DNA of 64,000 bases from Candidatus Eiseniibacteriota bacterium (lineage in GTDB: Bacteria > Eisenbacteria > RBG-16-71-46): the NCBI GenBank assembly GCA_038231135.1, contig JBBRLX010000024.1, positions 1-64,000 on the forward strand. The letters are read 5' to 3'. The position numbers and the translations under genes were made by a program. Below are positions 46,768-55,966 of this stretch, piece by piece; position 1 is the first letter of the stretch, and each line of letters starts with the position of its first letter. The notes beneath the pieces are model-generated. The model saw nothing but the letters and a program-made list of their open reading frames with translations, ran no database searches and was not told where the DNA came from.

Positions 46768-48387
46768 TCAGCCGCGCCCGTGCCCCAGCGCCGCGTCGCG
46801 CAACCGCGTGAGCGCGAACGTCGCGCGCGGCAGCCGCCCCGCCACGTCGCCCGCGGTCATGCCCTGCTGCCCGAACTGCGCCGCCACCAGATCGCCGGCC
46901 ATGCCGTGCAGGAACACGCCGAGCCGCGCCGCGTCGTAGGGCGGCATGCCCTGCGCGGCCAGCGCGCCGATCGCCCCGCACAGCACGTCGCCCGTGCCGG
47001 CGGTGGCGAGGCCCGGGTTGCCGGTGGCGTTCACCGTGACGTGCCCGTGCGGATGGGCGGTCACGGTCGGCGCGCCCTTGAGCACCACCACCACGTTCCA
47101 CTGGGCGGCACATTCGCGGGCGACGTCGATGCGGTGGAGTTCGATCGCCGCCGGATCGCGCCCGCTCAGGCGCTGCATCTCGCCGATGTGCGGCGTGATG
47201 ATGCGCAGCACGGCCGCGGCGCCGGCGTCGCGCGCGGCGCCCGCCGCGAGCTGGTCGGGCCGGCCGGCGAACGCGTTGAGGCCGTCGGCATCGATCACCA
47301 GCGGCTGCGACACGCGGGCCGCGAAGCGCCTCACCAGCTCCGCCGTTTCGAAATCGCGCGACAGCCCGGAGCCGATCGTGACCGCGTCCGCGCGCAGCGC
47401 GTGCGCGAGCAGCCCGCCGAGCGCCGCGAGGCTGAGCGTGCGTCCCGGCCCGTCCGCGAGCGGCAGCGTCATCTCTTCCAGGAGCTGGGTCTCGAACACG
47501 TCGTGCAGTCCCCTGGGCACCGCCGTGGTGACGGTGCCGGCGCCGGTGCGGCTCGCGGCGCGGCTCGCCAGCACGGCGGCGCCGGTGAGCCCCGGCGCCC
47601 CACCCACCACCAGCAGGCGACCCACGGAGTTCTTGTGGGCGCGTGGCGCGCGGCGCGGCAGCAGCGCCGCCATTTCGGGCGGCGTCGCGATCTCGGTCCA
47701 GCGCGCGGGATCGTCGCCGTCGCCCGCCAAAGGCACGAGTCCGATGTCGGTGATCTCGAGTGCCCCCACGAACGCGCGTGCGGGATACAGCCAGTGGCCA
47801 CGCTTGGCGCAGCCGAACGTGGTGGTGAGGTCGGCGCGCACCGTGCGCCGCGCGATCTCGCCGGTGTCGGCGTTCACGCCCGTGGGCAGGTCGACCGCCA
47901 CCACGTGAGTGCCGGCGTCGTCGAGGTCACGCAGCGCCTGCACGCCGGCTGCGATCATTCCCTCGGGCACGCCGCGGGCGCCCGTGCCCAGCAGCGCGTC
48001 GAGCGCGAAATCGAAGCGGTCGCGGCTCAGCAGCAGCCGTTCGAGCGCGGCCTCGTCCGCGATCGCGATCGGTTCGACGCCGGCCGCGACCAGCGCCTCG
48101 AGGTGCGCGCGGGCGTCGCCGCCGATGCGCGCGGGGTCGCCGAGGATGCCGGCGAGCACGTCCGCGCCGCGCGCCCGCAGCTCGCGCGCCGCCACGAACC
48201 CGTCGCCGCCGTTGTTCCCGGTGCCGCACAGGGCCAGCACGCGAAACCCGAGCACCGGTCCGTAGTGCCGCTCCAGCGCGTCGGCGACGCCGAGGCCGGC
48301 GCGGCGCATCAGCTCCAGGCCGGGCACGCCGCCCGCGATGGTGGCGCGGTCGAGCGCCTGCATTTCCGCCGCGGTGACGAGTCTCAC
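46768..48387 (-). CDS. nnr: Bifunctional NAD(P)H-hydrate epimerase/dehydratase
   Basis: GNNGGDG, DALLGTG, VDLPTG; IDADGL, TPHIGE, LKGA, GNPGLATAGTGDVL. Confidence 0.94.
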   Translation of the reverse strand: MRLVTAAEMQALDRATIAGGVPGLELMRRAGLGVADALERHYGPVLGFRVLALCGTGNNGGDGFVAARELRARGADVLAGILGDPARIGGDARAHLEALVAAGVEPIAIADEAALERLLLSRDRFDFALDALLGTGARGVPEGMIAAGVQALRDLDDAGTHVVAVDLPTGVNADTGEIARRTVRADLTTTFGCAKRGHWLYPARAFVGALEITDIGLVPLAGDGDDPARWTEIATPPEMAALLPRRAPRAHKNSVGRLLVVGGAPGLTGAAVLASRAASRTGAGTVTTAVPRGLHDVFETQLLEEMTLPLADGPGRTLSLAALGGLLAHALRADAVTIGSGLSRDFETAELVRRFAARVSQPLVIDADGLNAFAGRPDQLAAGAARDAGAAAVLRIITPHIGEMQRLSGRDPAAIELHRIDVARECAAQWNVVVVLKGAPTVTAHPHGHVTVNATGNPGLATAGTGDVLCGAIGALAAQGMPPYDAARLGVFLHGMAGDLVAAQFGQQGMTAGDVAGRLPRATFALTRLRDAALGHGRG

Positions 48388-48421
48388 GCGCGGCGCGCCG
48401 GGTGAATCCGGGTCACGGGCG

Positions 48422-48763
48422 TCAGCGCCGGCGCGCGCGGGCGCGGGCTTCCGTCGTCAGTTCGCGCTGCAGCCCGGTGCGATATTCGGCGTCGCGTTCC
48501 ACGCGCGCGATCAGGTCGGAATCCGCCGAGATGAACGGCAGATCGAACAGCGCCGGATCGGCCTCCTGCTCGAGGTAGATACGCTCCTGCTCGTGGCGCG
48601 TGAACGACACCGCCTTCTCCACGTTGTCGAAGGTGCGTCCAGGCAGGAACGACTTCTGCACGGTGTCGAAGATGTACACGTGGAACTGACCGTCGATGCC
48701 GCCGGTGCCGTCCGGCGCCTGGTGAACCTTGACCTTCGCCGACTTCACTTTCCCTTCGGACAT
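48422..48763 (-). CDS. Hypothetical protein
   Basis: MSEGKVKSAKVKVHQ... with GGAGG upstream and coding-like codon bias; alternative start at 48832 overlapping the HAD stop. Confidence 0.65.
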   Translation of the reverse strand: MSEGKVKSAKVKVHQAPDGTGGIDGQFHVYIFDTVQKSFLPGRTFDNVEKAVSFTRHEQERIYLEQEADPALFDLPFISADSDLIARVERDAEYRTGLQRELTTEARARARRR

Positions 48764-48828
48764 GAACCCTCCGGTACCCGGGCCTGCCTCGGACGCCGGC
48801 GGCCGCTCTTGAGGCCGCCGCCGCCGCT

Positions 48829-49527
48829 TCATCGGATGTTCTTGGTCTGGCTGCCCAGCTCGTCCACGATCGCCACCAGTTCGAAAATGTCGTCGATGTC
48901 GTAGTCGGCGCCGGAGTGCTGGGTGTCGAACGTGTCGCCATAGCGGGCGAACGCCGTCTTCATCCCGAGACTCCTGCCGCCCACCACGTCGCGCTCCGCC
49001 CAGTCGCCGACCATCAGCGCGTCGTGCGGCTCGACCTCGAGCTGCTGGAGCACGCGACGGAACGGCGCCGGATGCGGCTTGCGTTCGCGCGTGTCGTCGA
49101 ACGTCACGACGGCGTCGAACACGTGCTGCAGCGACAGCGAGCACAGCCGCAGCCACACCTGGGCCTGCGGCGCGTCCGACACCACCCCGAGCCGGATGCC
49201 GCGCTTCGCGAGCTCGAGCAGCGTCATCTGAGCGTGAGGGTAGAGCACCAGCGCCGACTCGCGGGCCCGGCGGTACGCGACGATTCCAGACGCGAGGATC
49301 TTGGGGTCGATGTGCCCGAGCTCGCTCTCGAGCAGCTGATCGAACACCTTCTGGAACTCGAGTCCCTGCTCCTGGTAGATGGCGTCGATGCGGGTGCGCA
49401 CCGCCTCGCGGGGCAGGTCGAGACCGGCGTCGATCATGCCGTCGATCGCGGCGGTCACCGCGTCGGCCTTCATCTTCATGAAATCGACCAGCGTGTTGTC
49501 GAGATCGAACACGATCGCGCGGATCAT
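48829..49527 (-). CDS. HAD-superfamily hydrolase
   Basis: AGGAG SD; IVFDLDNTL, VVSD, RKPHP, MVGD...D..G. Confidence 0.92.
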   Translation of the reverse strand: MIRAIVFDLDNTLVDFMKMKADAVTAAIDGMIDAGLDLPREAVRTRIDAIYQEQGLEFQKVFDQLLESELGHIDPKILASGIVAYRRARESALVLYPHAQMTLLELAKRGIRLGVVSDAPQAQVWLRLCSLSLQHVFDAVVTFDDTRERKPHPAPFRRVLQQLEVEPHDALMVGDWAERDVVGGRSLGMKTAFARYGDTFDTQHSGADYDIDDIFELVAIVDELGSQTKNIR

Positions 49528-49582
49528 GCTCCTGCGCACCCACAGCCATGGCCGGATCGCGATGCCGCGTGGCGGGGCTTGG

Positions 49583-49771
49583 TCACTTGGACGAAATCCC
49601 GATCGTGCGCCCCAGGCTGATCTCGCCGTTGTCGATGCGGACGTTGAAGCCGCACGCCGGATTGCTGCACACCCACGCCTTGTAGTTGATGGGCGCACCG
49701 TCACGCCCGTAGTCCGACAGCGGCAGCAGCACGCCGTCGTTGCACTTGCGGCACTCCGGAAATCCCTCCAT
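49583..49771 (-). CDS. Small zinc-ribbon protein
   Basis: GGAGG SD; CRKC ... CSNPAC, 62 aa. Confidence 0.75.
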   Translation of the reverse strand: MEGFPECRKCNDGVLLPLSDYGRDGAPINYKAWVCSNPACGFNVRIDNGEISLGRTIGISSK

Positions 49772-50026
49772 CCCCACCTCCACGAGAAAACCCGTTTCCG
49801 CGCTGGCCGTGGCGGAGTTTAAGCGCCGCAACGCCCGCGGAGCCAATCGAATCTGGTTTGTGGACGTTCCGGAGGACCCTGGGATCCCGAGAAATCACCC
49901 GGCCCCGATAGCACCCCCGTCCCGTGCGGCCGCCCATTCACGCCATCTCCGGTTTGCCGCCCGGCCGTGCATCCCCCTAGAATTGCCCAAATCCCCCCAC
50001 CGTCTCCCCACGACGCACCATCCGGG

Positions 50027-52402
50027 ATGTCCCCCGCCCTGCGATTCCGATCGTTTCGCGCCGTTCTCTGCCTCAGCCTCCTGGCAGGCTGCGCCCGCGT
50101 CCGCAACGCGCAGGCGTTCCTCGACATCGAAGACCGCGGGCCCGTGCTGCGTGCCGGCGGGTTTGCGCTGCGGGTGACGAACGTCGGCATCATCGGCAAC
50201 GCATTCCTCGACAAGGGCCTGTCATTCGACCCGTCGTTCGAGATCCATCCCGGGTCGGGCGCCGAGGCGCTGAACCACGCAGAGCTGTGGGTCGGCGCCG
50301 TCAACGCACGGGGCGAGACCCGGGTGTCCGGCGGCCCGGAACTCGAGTGGCGCCCGTCGCTCGATCCCGCCGATCGCGTGCGTGTCGTGAACTTTGGCAC
50401 CCCGGGCACGCAGCGGGGCGTCGACGACGATGGCGACGGTCGCATCGACGAGGAGCAATTGAACGGGATCGACGACGACGGCGACGGCGAGATCGACGAG
50501 GATCTCGGCTTGTTCGCCCAGCAGACCATGACGGCGGAATACAGCGACTACCGTCCGGAGTCCGTCGTGTCCCCCTACGAGGGCAACGAGAACCACGTTC
50601 CGCTGGGGCTCGCCGTGCATCAGGAGGCGTATGCTTGGAGCGCTCCGGGCTACGAAGGCATCGCGGGGCTGTCGTTCCACATCACGAACCGCGGCAACGA
50701 GACGCTGCGCCAGGTGCGGATCGGATTGCTGGCGGATCTCGACTCGCGCGACCGCAACGACCGGGCCGGCCACCTGAACGATCGCATCCGACAGGTCAGC
50801 TTCACCCGCGGCGTATTCGAGGGGATCGACTCGGTCACCGTCGGCGGCGTCTACTCGTGCGGCACACCGGCGCCATGCCCCCCGGTGCCCCCGTGCATCA
50901 CCACGCTCTCACAGACGCTGCCGGTGCTCGAGGACGACGTCGACCCGAGACTGCCGCACGTCGCCGTGGTGCCGCTGCACCACACCACGGACCCGCTCGC
51001 CTACATCACGCCCGTCGCGGACCTGGCGCGGGCGCCGGCCACGGAGTCGTTCCGCTCGGCAGTGTTCGCCAACGGCAAGATTCCCGGCCAGGGCGGCCCG
51101 CCGGCGGTGGACAAGGATCGCTACGAAGCGCTCGCGGGCCGGTATCCCAACGCGGTCACGACAACTCCGGACGACTACGTGGTGCTGGTGTCGTGCGGGC
51201 CGTTCGCGACGCTGGCGCCGGGGCAGAGTCTCGACTTCGACGTGGCGCTCGTCGCGACGCTCGATCCCGACAGCATCGGGCCCTTGATGGCGAACGCCGC
51301 CGTGCTCGAGCATGGCCGGATGGTGAACCTGATCCCCGACTCCACGTCGTCCCGCTGGCCCCAGGACTACAACTACGGCATCTCCGGCATCAACGGCCAC
51401 GAGGTGTGCATCCAGGCGCCGCCGGGCGTGGCGCTGTACTGGGATCCGGATTGTTCGAGCAAGCTGCCCGGTGACCCGCCACCGCCGCCGCGGCCGATTC
51501 TCTATCCCGCCGACCGATGCCTGTGGACCGATGCCGACTGCAAGGTCTGCACGGGAATCCTGGGCCTCGACACCCGCCAGTACTGGGCCGACCCGGGCGA
51601 GCTGCCGGTGCCGCCCGACATCAAGCTGATTCCCGGCGACCACGAGATGACGCTCGAATGGAACAATCGCGGAGAGATCCTGAACGCGGCCGGATTGTCC
51701 GGGCTCCAGGGCCTCAGGTTCGCGGGCTACCGGGTCTACCGGTTGTCCGACTGGCGCCACCGCACGTCGCTGCTGCCGCCGGACGCCGACTGGGCGCTGG
51801 TCGGCGCCTACGGATTCACGACACGCAACAGCGAGGCCGCGCTCGCCGCGATCACCGACTCGACGCTCGACTACGAGCGCATCCTCTACGAGCGCAAGCT
51901 GTACCCGATCGGGCGCTACGTGGTGCGGGACTCCAATGTGCTGAACGGCTTCGACTATGGCTACGTCGTCACCACCGTGCTCGAGCGCGACATCGACGAG
52001 GGCCAGGGGCTGTTCCGCACCGAACGGCTCGAGAGCCCGTTCACGCCGGCGTTCCAGGAACTGGTGCAGCCACGCTCCAACGCGCGCGACACGCGCAGCG
52101 TGTGGGTGGTGCCGAATCCGTTCCGCGCGCGGGAGGCGTGGCAGCGCCCGGAGGTGCTCGGCGATCCGCTCACGCGGCACCTGGATTTCATGGGCCTGCC
52201 GCGGGCCCGGTGCACGATCAAGATCTGGACGGTCGCGGGCGACTTCGTCGCGATGATCGATCACGACGGCACGAACGGCGACGGCGAGGCGGCCTGGAAT
52301 CTGGTGTCGCGCAACGGCCAGGAGGTCGAGTCGGGCATCTACCTGTTCACGGTCGACTCGTCCCTGGGGCACCAGGTCGGCCGGTTCGTGGTGATCCGAT
52401 GA
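50027..52402 (+). CDS. Large exported protein with DDDGDG acidic repeats and T9SS-like C-terminal domain
   Basis: Signal/lipobox LAGC; DDDGDGRIDEE..NGIDDDGDGEIDED; FAGYRVYR; CTD VVPNP..IWTVAGD..WNLVSRNGQEVESGIYLF. Confidence 0.8.
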   Translation: MSPALRFRSFRAVLCLSLLAGCARVRNAQAFLDIEDRGPVLRAGGFALRVTNVGIIGNAFLDKGLSFDPSFEIHPGSGAEALNHAELWVGAVNARGETRVSGGPELEWRPSLDPADRVRVVNFGTPGTQRGVDDDGDGRIDEEQLNGIDDDGDGEIDEDLGLFAQQTMTAEYSDYRPESVVSPYEGNENHVPLGLAVHQEAYAWSAPGYEGIAGLSFHITNRGNETLRQVRIGLLADLDSRDRNDRAGHLNDRIRQVSFTRGVFEGIDSVTVGGVYSCGTPAPCPPVPPCITTLSQTLPVLEDDVDPRLPHVAVVPLHHTTDPLAYITPVADLARAPATESFRSAVFANGKIPGQGGPPAVDKDRYEALAGRYPNAVTTTPDDYVVLVSCGPFATLAPGQSLDFDVALVATLDPDSIGPLMANAAVLEHGRMVNLIPDSTSSRWPQDYNYGISGINGHEVCIQAPPGVALYWDPDCSSKLPGDPPPPPRPILYPADRCLWTDADCKVCTGILGLDTRQYWADPGELPVPPDIKLIPGDHEMTLEWNNRGEILNAAGLSGLQGLRFAGYRVYRLSDWRHRTSLLPPDADWALVGAYGFTTRNSEAALAAITDSTLDYERILYERKLYPIGRYVVRDSNVLNGFDYGYVVTTVLERDIDEGQGLFRTERLESPFTPAFQELVQPRSNARDTRSVWVVPNPFRAREAWQRPEVLGDPLTRHLDFMGLPRARCTIKIWTVAGDFVAMIDHDGTNGDGEAAWNLVSRNGQEVESGIYLFTVDSSLGHQVGRFVVIR

Positions 52403-53664
52403 GCGGCGCGCGACTCGCGGCGCCCGGGCGTGCCATGGCTGCGGGCCTCGCCATCGTCGTAGCGCTGGCGCTCGGCGCGGGATGCGGCCGCAAGGCGAAG
52501 GTGGTCGCCCCGGATATGGCGGTCCTGCTGCCGCCGCACGTCACCGGCGTGTTCCCCGCGGCGCGATCCGGGAAGATCGACTACGACACCGCGATCTGGG
52601 CGCGCTTCGACGAGCCGCTCGATTCCACGACCGTGAACACGACGAACATCTATCTCAAGATCGACACGCGACGGATTCCCATCGACGTCGCGCTCGTCGA
52701 CACTGCACGACGCGTGGTGCTCCGGCCGCGGCAGCCGCTCGACATCCGCCGCACCCACACGATCGAGATCACACCGCGCGTGCGCACCCGGGCGGGGCAC
52801 GGATTCAAGGACACGTTCTTCTGGCAGTTCACCACGCTGTCGGTGCGGCGGATCGAGACGCCGGTGCCGGGGGCGGGGGCCACGGGGCGCTCGCCGATGG
52901 AGCCGCTGCTGTGGGATTCCACGGAGACCTCGGCGGGTCCCATCCAGTATCGCCTGTACGTCGGCACGGATTCGTCGCAGGTGGCGGCCGGAGCGGCTCA
53001 TACCGAGGACCTCGTCCGCTCGTGGTACCTGCCGACGATCCACTGGGACCCGGGGACGCCCTGGTACTGGAAGGTGCGGGTCCAGAATGAGGATACCGGC
53101 GACGAGAGCACGGGGCCGGTGTGGCGCTTCGACGTGCACGACGCGACCGCGATCGATTCGCTCACGCTGACCGTCGGCAACAACGGCACCTGGGACAAGA
53201 ATTTCCGGGTGTGGCGCTGTGCCACCGTGACAAGCGGCGCGAGCTACGGACCCGAGACCCAGTTCGACTTCAGCGGCGTCGACTCCGGCCTCGTGGTCGC
53301 GGGTGCGAAGCTGCGGCTCCAGACCAGTTCGCGCATCGATCCCGCACGCACGTTCCCCCAGGTATGGGAGATTTCCCAGCCATGGATTCCCTGCAACCCG
53401 TCGTTTGCCACGCCGCCGGCCGCCGACCCGCCGCTCGCCGACGGATTCAAGGACGCGGACGGGAACATGGCGTTCCAGTCGGATCTGCTGGCCGCGCAGA
53501 TTCAGGCGCGGGTGCGCCGCTACCCGCAGTTCCACGATTACACGTTTCGATCCGGCACGCAGATCGTCTATAACCCACTGGTGTTCGGCACCGGGTTTCG
53601 CATCTACTACTACGTTCCCACACCTCCCCTCGCGAGGGCGCGTACGGCTGGGAGGCATCGATGA
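52399..53664 (+). CDS. Lipoprotein with Ig-like (Big_5-type) domain
   Basis: ATGA overlap; GAGC lipobox; VTGVFP..IWARFDEPLD..LRPRQPL..WQFTT; YWKVRV..GPVWRF. Confidence 0.72.
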   Translation: MSGARLAAPGRAMAAGLAIVVALALGAGCGRKAKVVAPDMAVLLPPHVTGVFPAARSGKIDYDTAIWARFDEPLDSTTVNTTNIYLKIDTRRIPIDVALVDTARRVVLRPRQPLDIRRTHTIEITPRVRTRAGHGFKDTFFWQFTTLSVRRIETPVPGAGATGRSPMEPLLWDSTETSAGPIQYRLYVGTDSSQVAAGAAHTEDLVRSWYLPTIHWDPGTPWYWKVRVQNEDTGDESTGPVWRFDVHDATAIDSLTLTVGNNGTWDKNFRVWRCATVTSGASYGPETQFDFSGVDSGLVVAGAKLRLQTSSRIDPARTFPQVWEISQPWIPCNPSFATPPAADPPLADGFKDADGNMAFQSDLLAAQIQARVRRYPQFHDYTFRSGTQIVYNPLVFGTGFRIYYYVPTPPLARARTAGRHR

Positions 53665-54884
53665 AGTCCGTTCGTCGGGTCGTGGTCGGGTTGCTGGCGG
53701 TGGTCGTGGCGGGTGCGGGCGCGTTCGCGCCGGCCCATGCCGCGGCCCCGGGAGTGCGGCCGTGGACGCCGGCCTCGTTCGACTCGTTGCAGACGTGGTC
53801 CACCGCAGCCCGGGTGATGTTCCGCGAGCAGGCGACCGATCCCATCGATTCGGTGACGATCGAACCGTACAACCGCGTCGGGTCGATCGCGATGCGCTGG
53901 TTCCAGGGACTGGGCCGGGATCACATGCCCGAGGCGCGCACGATCGAGAGTGCCCTCGACTCGCTGGGGTTCGACACCGAGGTGGTGCTCGACGACAAGC
54001 TCCCGGCCTTCGCGCTGCTGGTGGTGCGGAATCCGTTCCGCACCAGCGCGAGCGCGATGGGCTTCATGTACTGGTTCCGCGGCACCCGGTTGTTCGAGCA
54101 GGGCGTCGAGATGCGCGGCGGGCTCGATCCGATCATGAAGGTGTGGTGGAACGACAATCAGGCGGCGCCTTACGAATGGGCGATCGCCGATCGCGGCCGC
54201 GACGGCACGCACCGGTTCTTCCTATTCCGGCTGAGCGCCGACGGCGGCATCTGGCAGCCGGGCCAGTACGAGGGCGAGGGTCCGGATCTCGCGAACGCTC
54301 ACACCGTCTCGTTCGAGGACGTGAACGGCGATGGCCTGCCCGAACTCGTCACCTGGTCACCCGCCGCGCCCGACACGCTGTTCGAAGCCTGCACCAGTTG
54401 CCCGAGTCGCGTGATCGAGCGTATCTACACCGAGCGTGGCGGCCTGGGATTCCAGCTCCACGACAGCCGCATGGTGCCCGCGCCCTATTCGATCTTCATG
54501 TTGTTCGTGCACCTGCTCATCTCGCACAATCGCGAAGCCGCGGCCCGGCTGCTCGACGATCCCGCACTGCTCGGGACCGCGCTCGGCATGGGCTGGGGGA
54601 CGCGCCACTCGCCCGGCACGTGGCTGCTCGAGGGAGGCGAGAACCAGCACTGGCCCGAATGGTTGCAGTTCCGGTTCCGCGGGCCTCGCGGAGTCGAGCA
54701 CTATGTCGTGAGGTTCACTCAAAAGGACGGCCGATGGATCCTCAAGAGCTGGAAGCACGCTGCGATCTCCACCGGACCCAACCCGACGCCGCTGCCGGGG
54801 CCCGCCGCGACCTCGACGCACCCCGCCGCGGGTTCACACCATCCCGCTCAGGCACCACACCGTCCCGCCCGGCGCGCCCACTGA
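53661..54884 (+). CDS. Exported hypothetical protein (CxxCP), paralog A
   Basis: ATGA overlap; signal peptide ending AHA; EDVNGDG; EACTSCP. Confidence 0.72.
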   Translation: MKSVRRVVVGLLAVVVAGAGAFAPAHAAAPGVRPWTPASFDSLQTWSTAARVMFREQATDPIDSVTIEPYNRVGSIAMRWFQGLGRDHMPEARTIESALDSLGFDTEVVLDDKLPAFALLVVRNPFRTSASAMGFMYWFRGTRLFEQGVEMRGGLDPIMKVWWNDNQAAPYEWAIADRGRDGTHRFFLFRLSADGGIWQPGQYEGEGPDLANAHTVSFEDVNGDGLPELVTWSPAAPDTLFEACTSCPSRVIERIYTERGGLGFQLHDSRMVPAPYSIFMLFVHLLISHNREAAARLLDDPALLGTALGMGWGTRHSPGTWLLEGGENQHWPEWLQFRFRGPRGVEHYVVRFTQKDGRWILKSWKHAAISTGPNPTPLPGPAATSTHPAAGSHHPAQAPHRPARRAH

Positions 54885-55966
54885 TGCGCGCGACGGTCGA
54901 GCGGGGGGCGTGGCTGCTCACGGTCATCGTGCTGTTGGCGCTGGCGACAGGTTGCACGCGCAAGACCACGCTGATGCAGCGCGACACCACCGGCCCCGTC
55001 GCGGCGGCCGGTGGGGATTCCACCACGCAACTGCTGCATGCGGCGGAGCAGGCCTGGGATGCGCAGAGCGACGATGCCGGCGCGGCGACGCTCACGTTGC
55101 GCGCCGTCCGCGAGGATCTGCGCGGGCGCCCGCCGCATGACTGGGTGGCGCGGGCCGGGGAACTGCTCGATTCGCTCGGCGTCGGCGTCGAAACCGCCGG
55201 CGGCCCCTGCGGAATGATGGTGAACGTGTTCGTGCGTGCCGATCCCGGCCGCGGCTCGTGGCCCGCGCTCTACTGGTGCGACGGCGCACTCGTGCGCTCC
55301 CAGGAGGTCGAGGGCCGCAACATGCGGCTGCTCGGCATGGTGTCCGCGGGCGGGAGCGACTCCCTGACCCACGGCGCCCCGCTGCGCGCTGCGGCGCTGT
55401 TCGGCCGGTCGCGCCTCGGCCGCCAGGAGCCGTTGCTGTTTGCCTGGTCGCGGCGGCCGCGCGACACGAAGTGGAAAATCGTCCAGACGCTCGGTCCCGA
55501 TTCGCTCGGCGGCTTCGGCACCGGCGCATTCGAAGCGCCGTCCGACTCCGCCACCGATCTGGTGACCCGCACGTTTCACACGCCCAGGGGCTGGGACGAG
55601 TGCAACACCTGTCCCCACGTGCTGAAGGAGCATCGGTTCCGCTGGCAGGCGGACGGCTTCCATCGCGTCGCCGATCGCGACGTGCCGTCGACCTATGCCA
55701 CGTTCGTGAGCTTCGTGGACGCGATGCAGTCGGACCTCGCGCGGGCGCAGACGCTCGTCAGCGATCCGTCGCTCATCCAGCTCGCGACGCAGTATCAGTT
55801 CGACCATTCGCGCGGAACCTGGCGCATCGCGCCCGCCACCGAGGACGCCGGGTCCGAGCTGCGGATCTTCCGCGGCGGGCAGGAGGCGTACCGGGTCACG
55901 TTCGAGCCCCGCGGCGACGACTGGGTGATCAACAACATCCAGACGGTCGCGCGCTCGGTGGAATGA
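54884..55966 (+). CDS. Hypothetical lipoprotein (CxxCP), paralog B
   Basis: TGATG overlap; ATGC lipobox; DECNTCP. Confidence 0.72.
   Translation: MRATVERGAWLLTVIVLLALATGCTRKTTLMQRDTTGPVAAAGGDSTTQLLHAAEQAWDAQSDDAGAATLTLRAVREDLRGRPPHDWVARAGELLDSLGVGVETAGGPCGMMVNVFVRADPGRGSWPALYWCDGALVRSQEVEGRNMRLLGMVSAGGSDSLTHGAPLRAAALFGRSRLGRQEPLLFAWSRRPRDTKWKIVQTLGPDSLGGFGTGAFEAPSDSATDLVTRTFHTPRGWDECNTCPHVLKEHRFRWQADGFHRVADRDVPSTYATFVSFVDAMQSDLARAQTLVSDPSLIQLATQYQFDHSRGTWRIAPATEDAGSELRIFRGGQEAYRVTFEPRGDDWVINNIQTVARSVE

Noticed and set aside
55601..55618. Heme c site in CNTCPH
   Set aside because: Spacing is CxxCPH, not CxxCH, and the paralogue has CTSCPS
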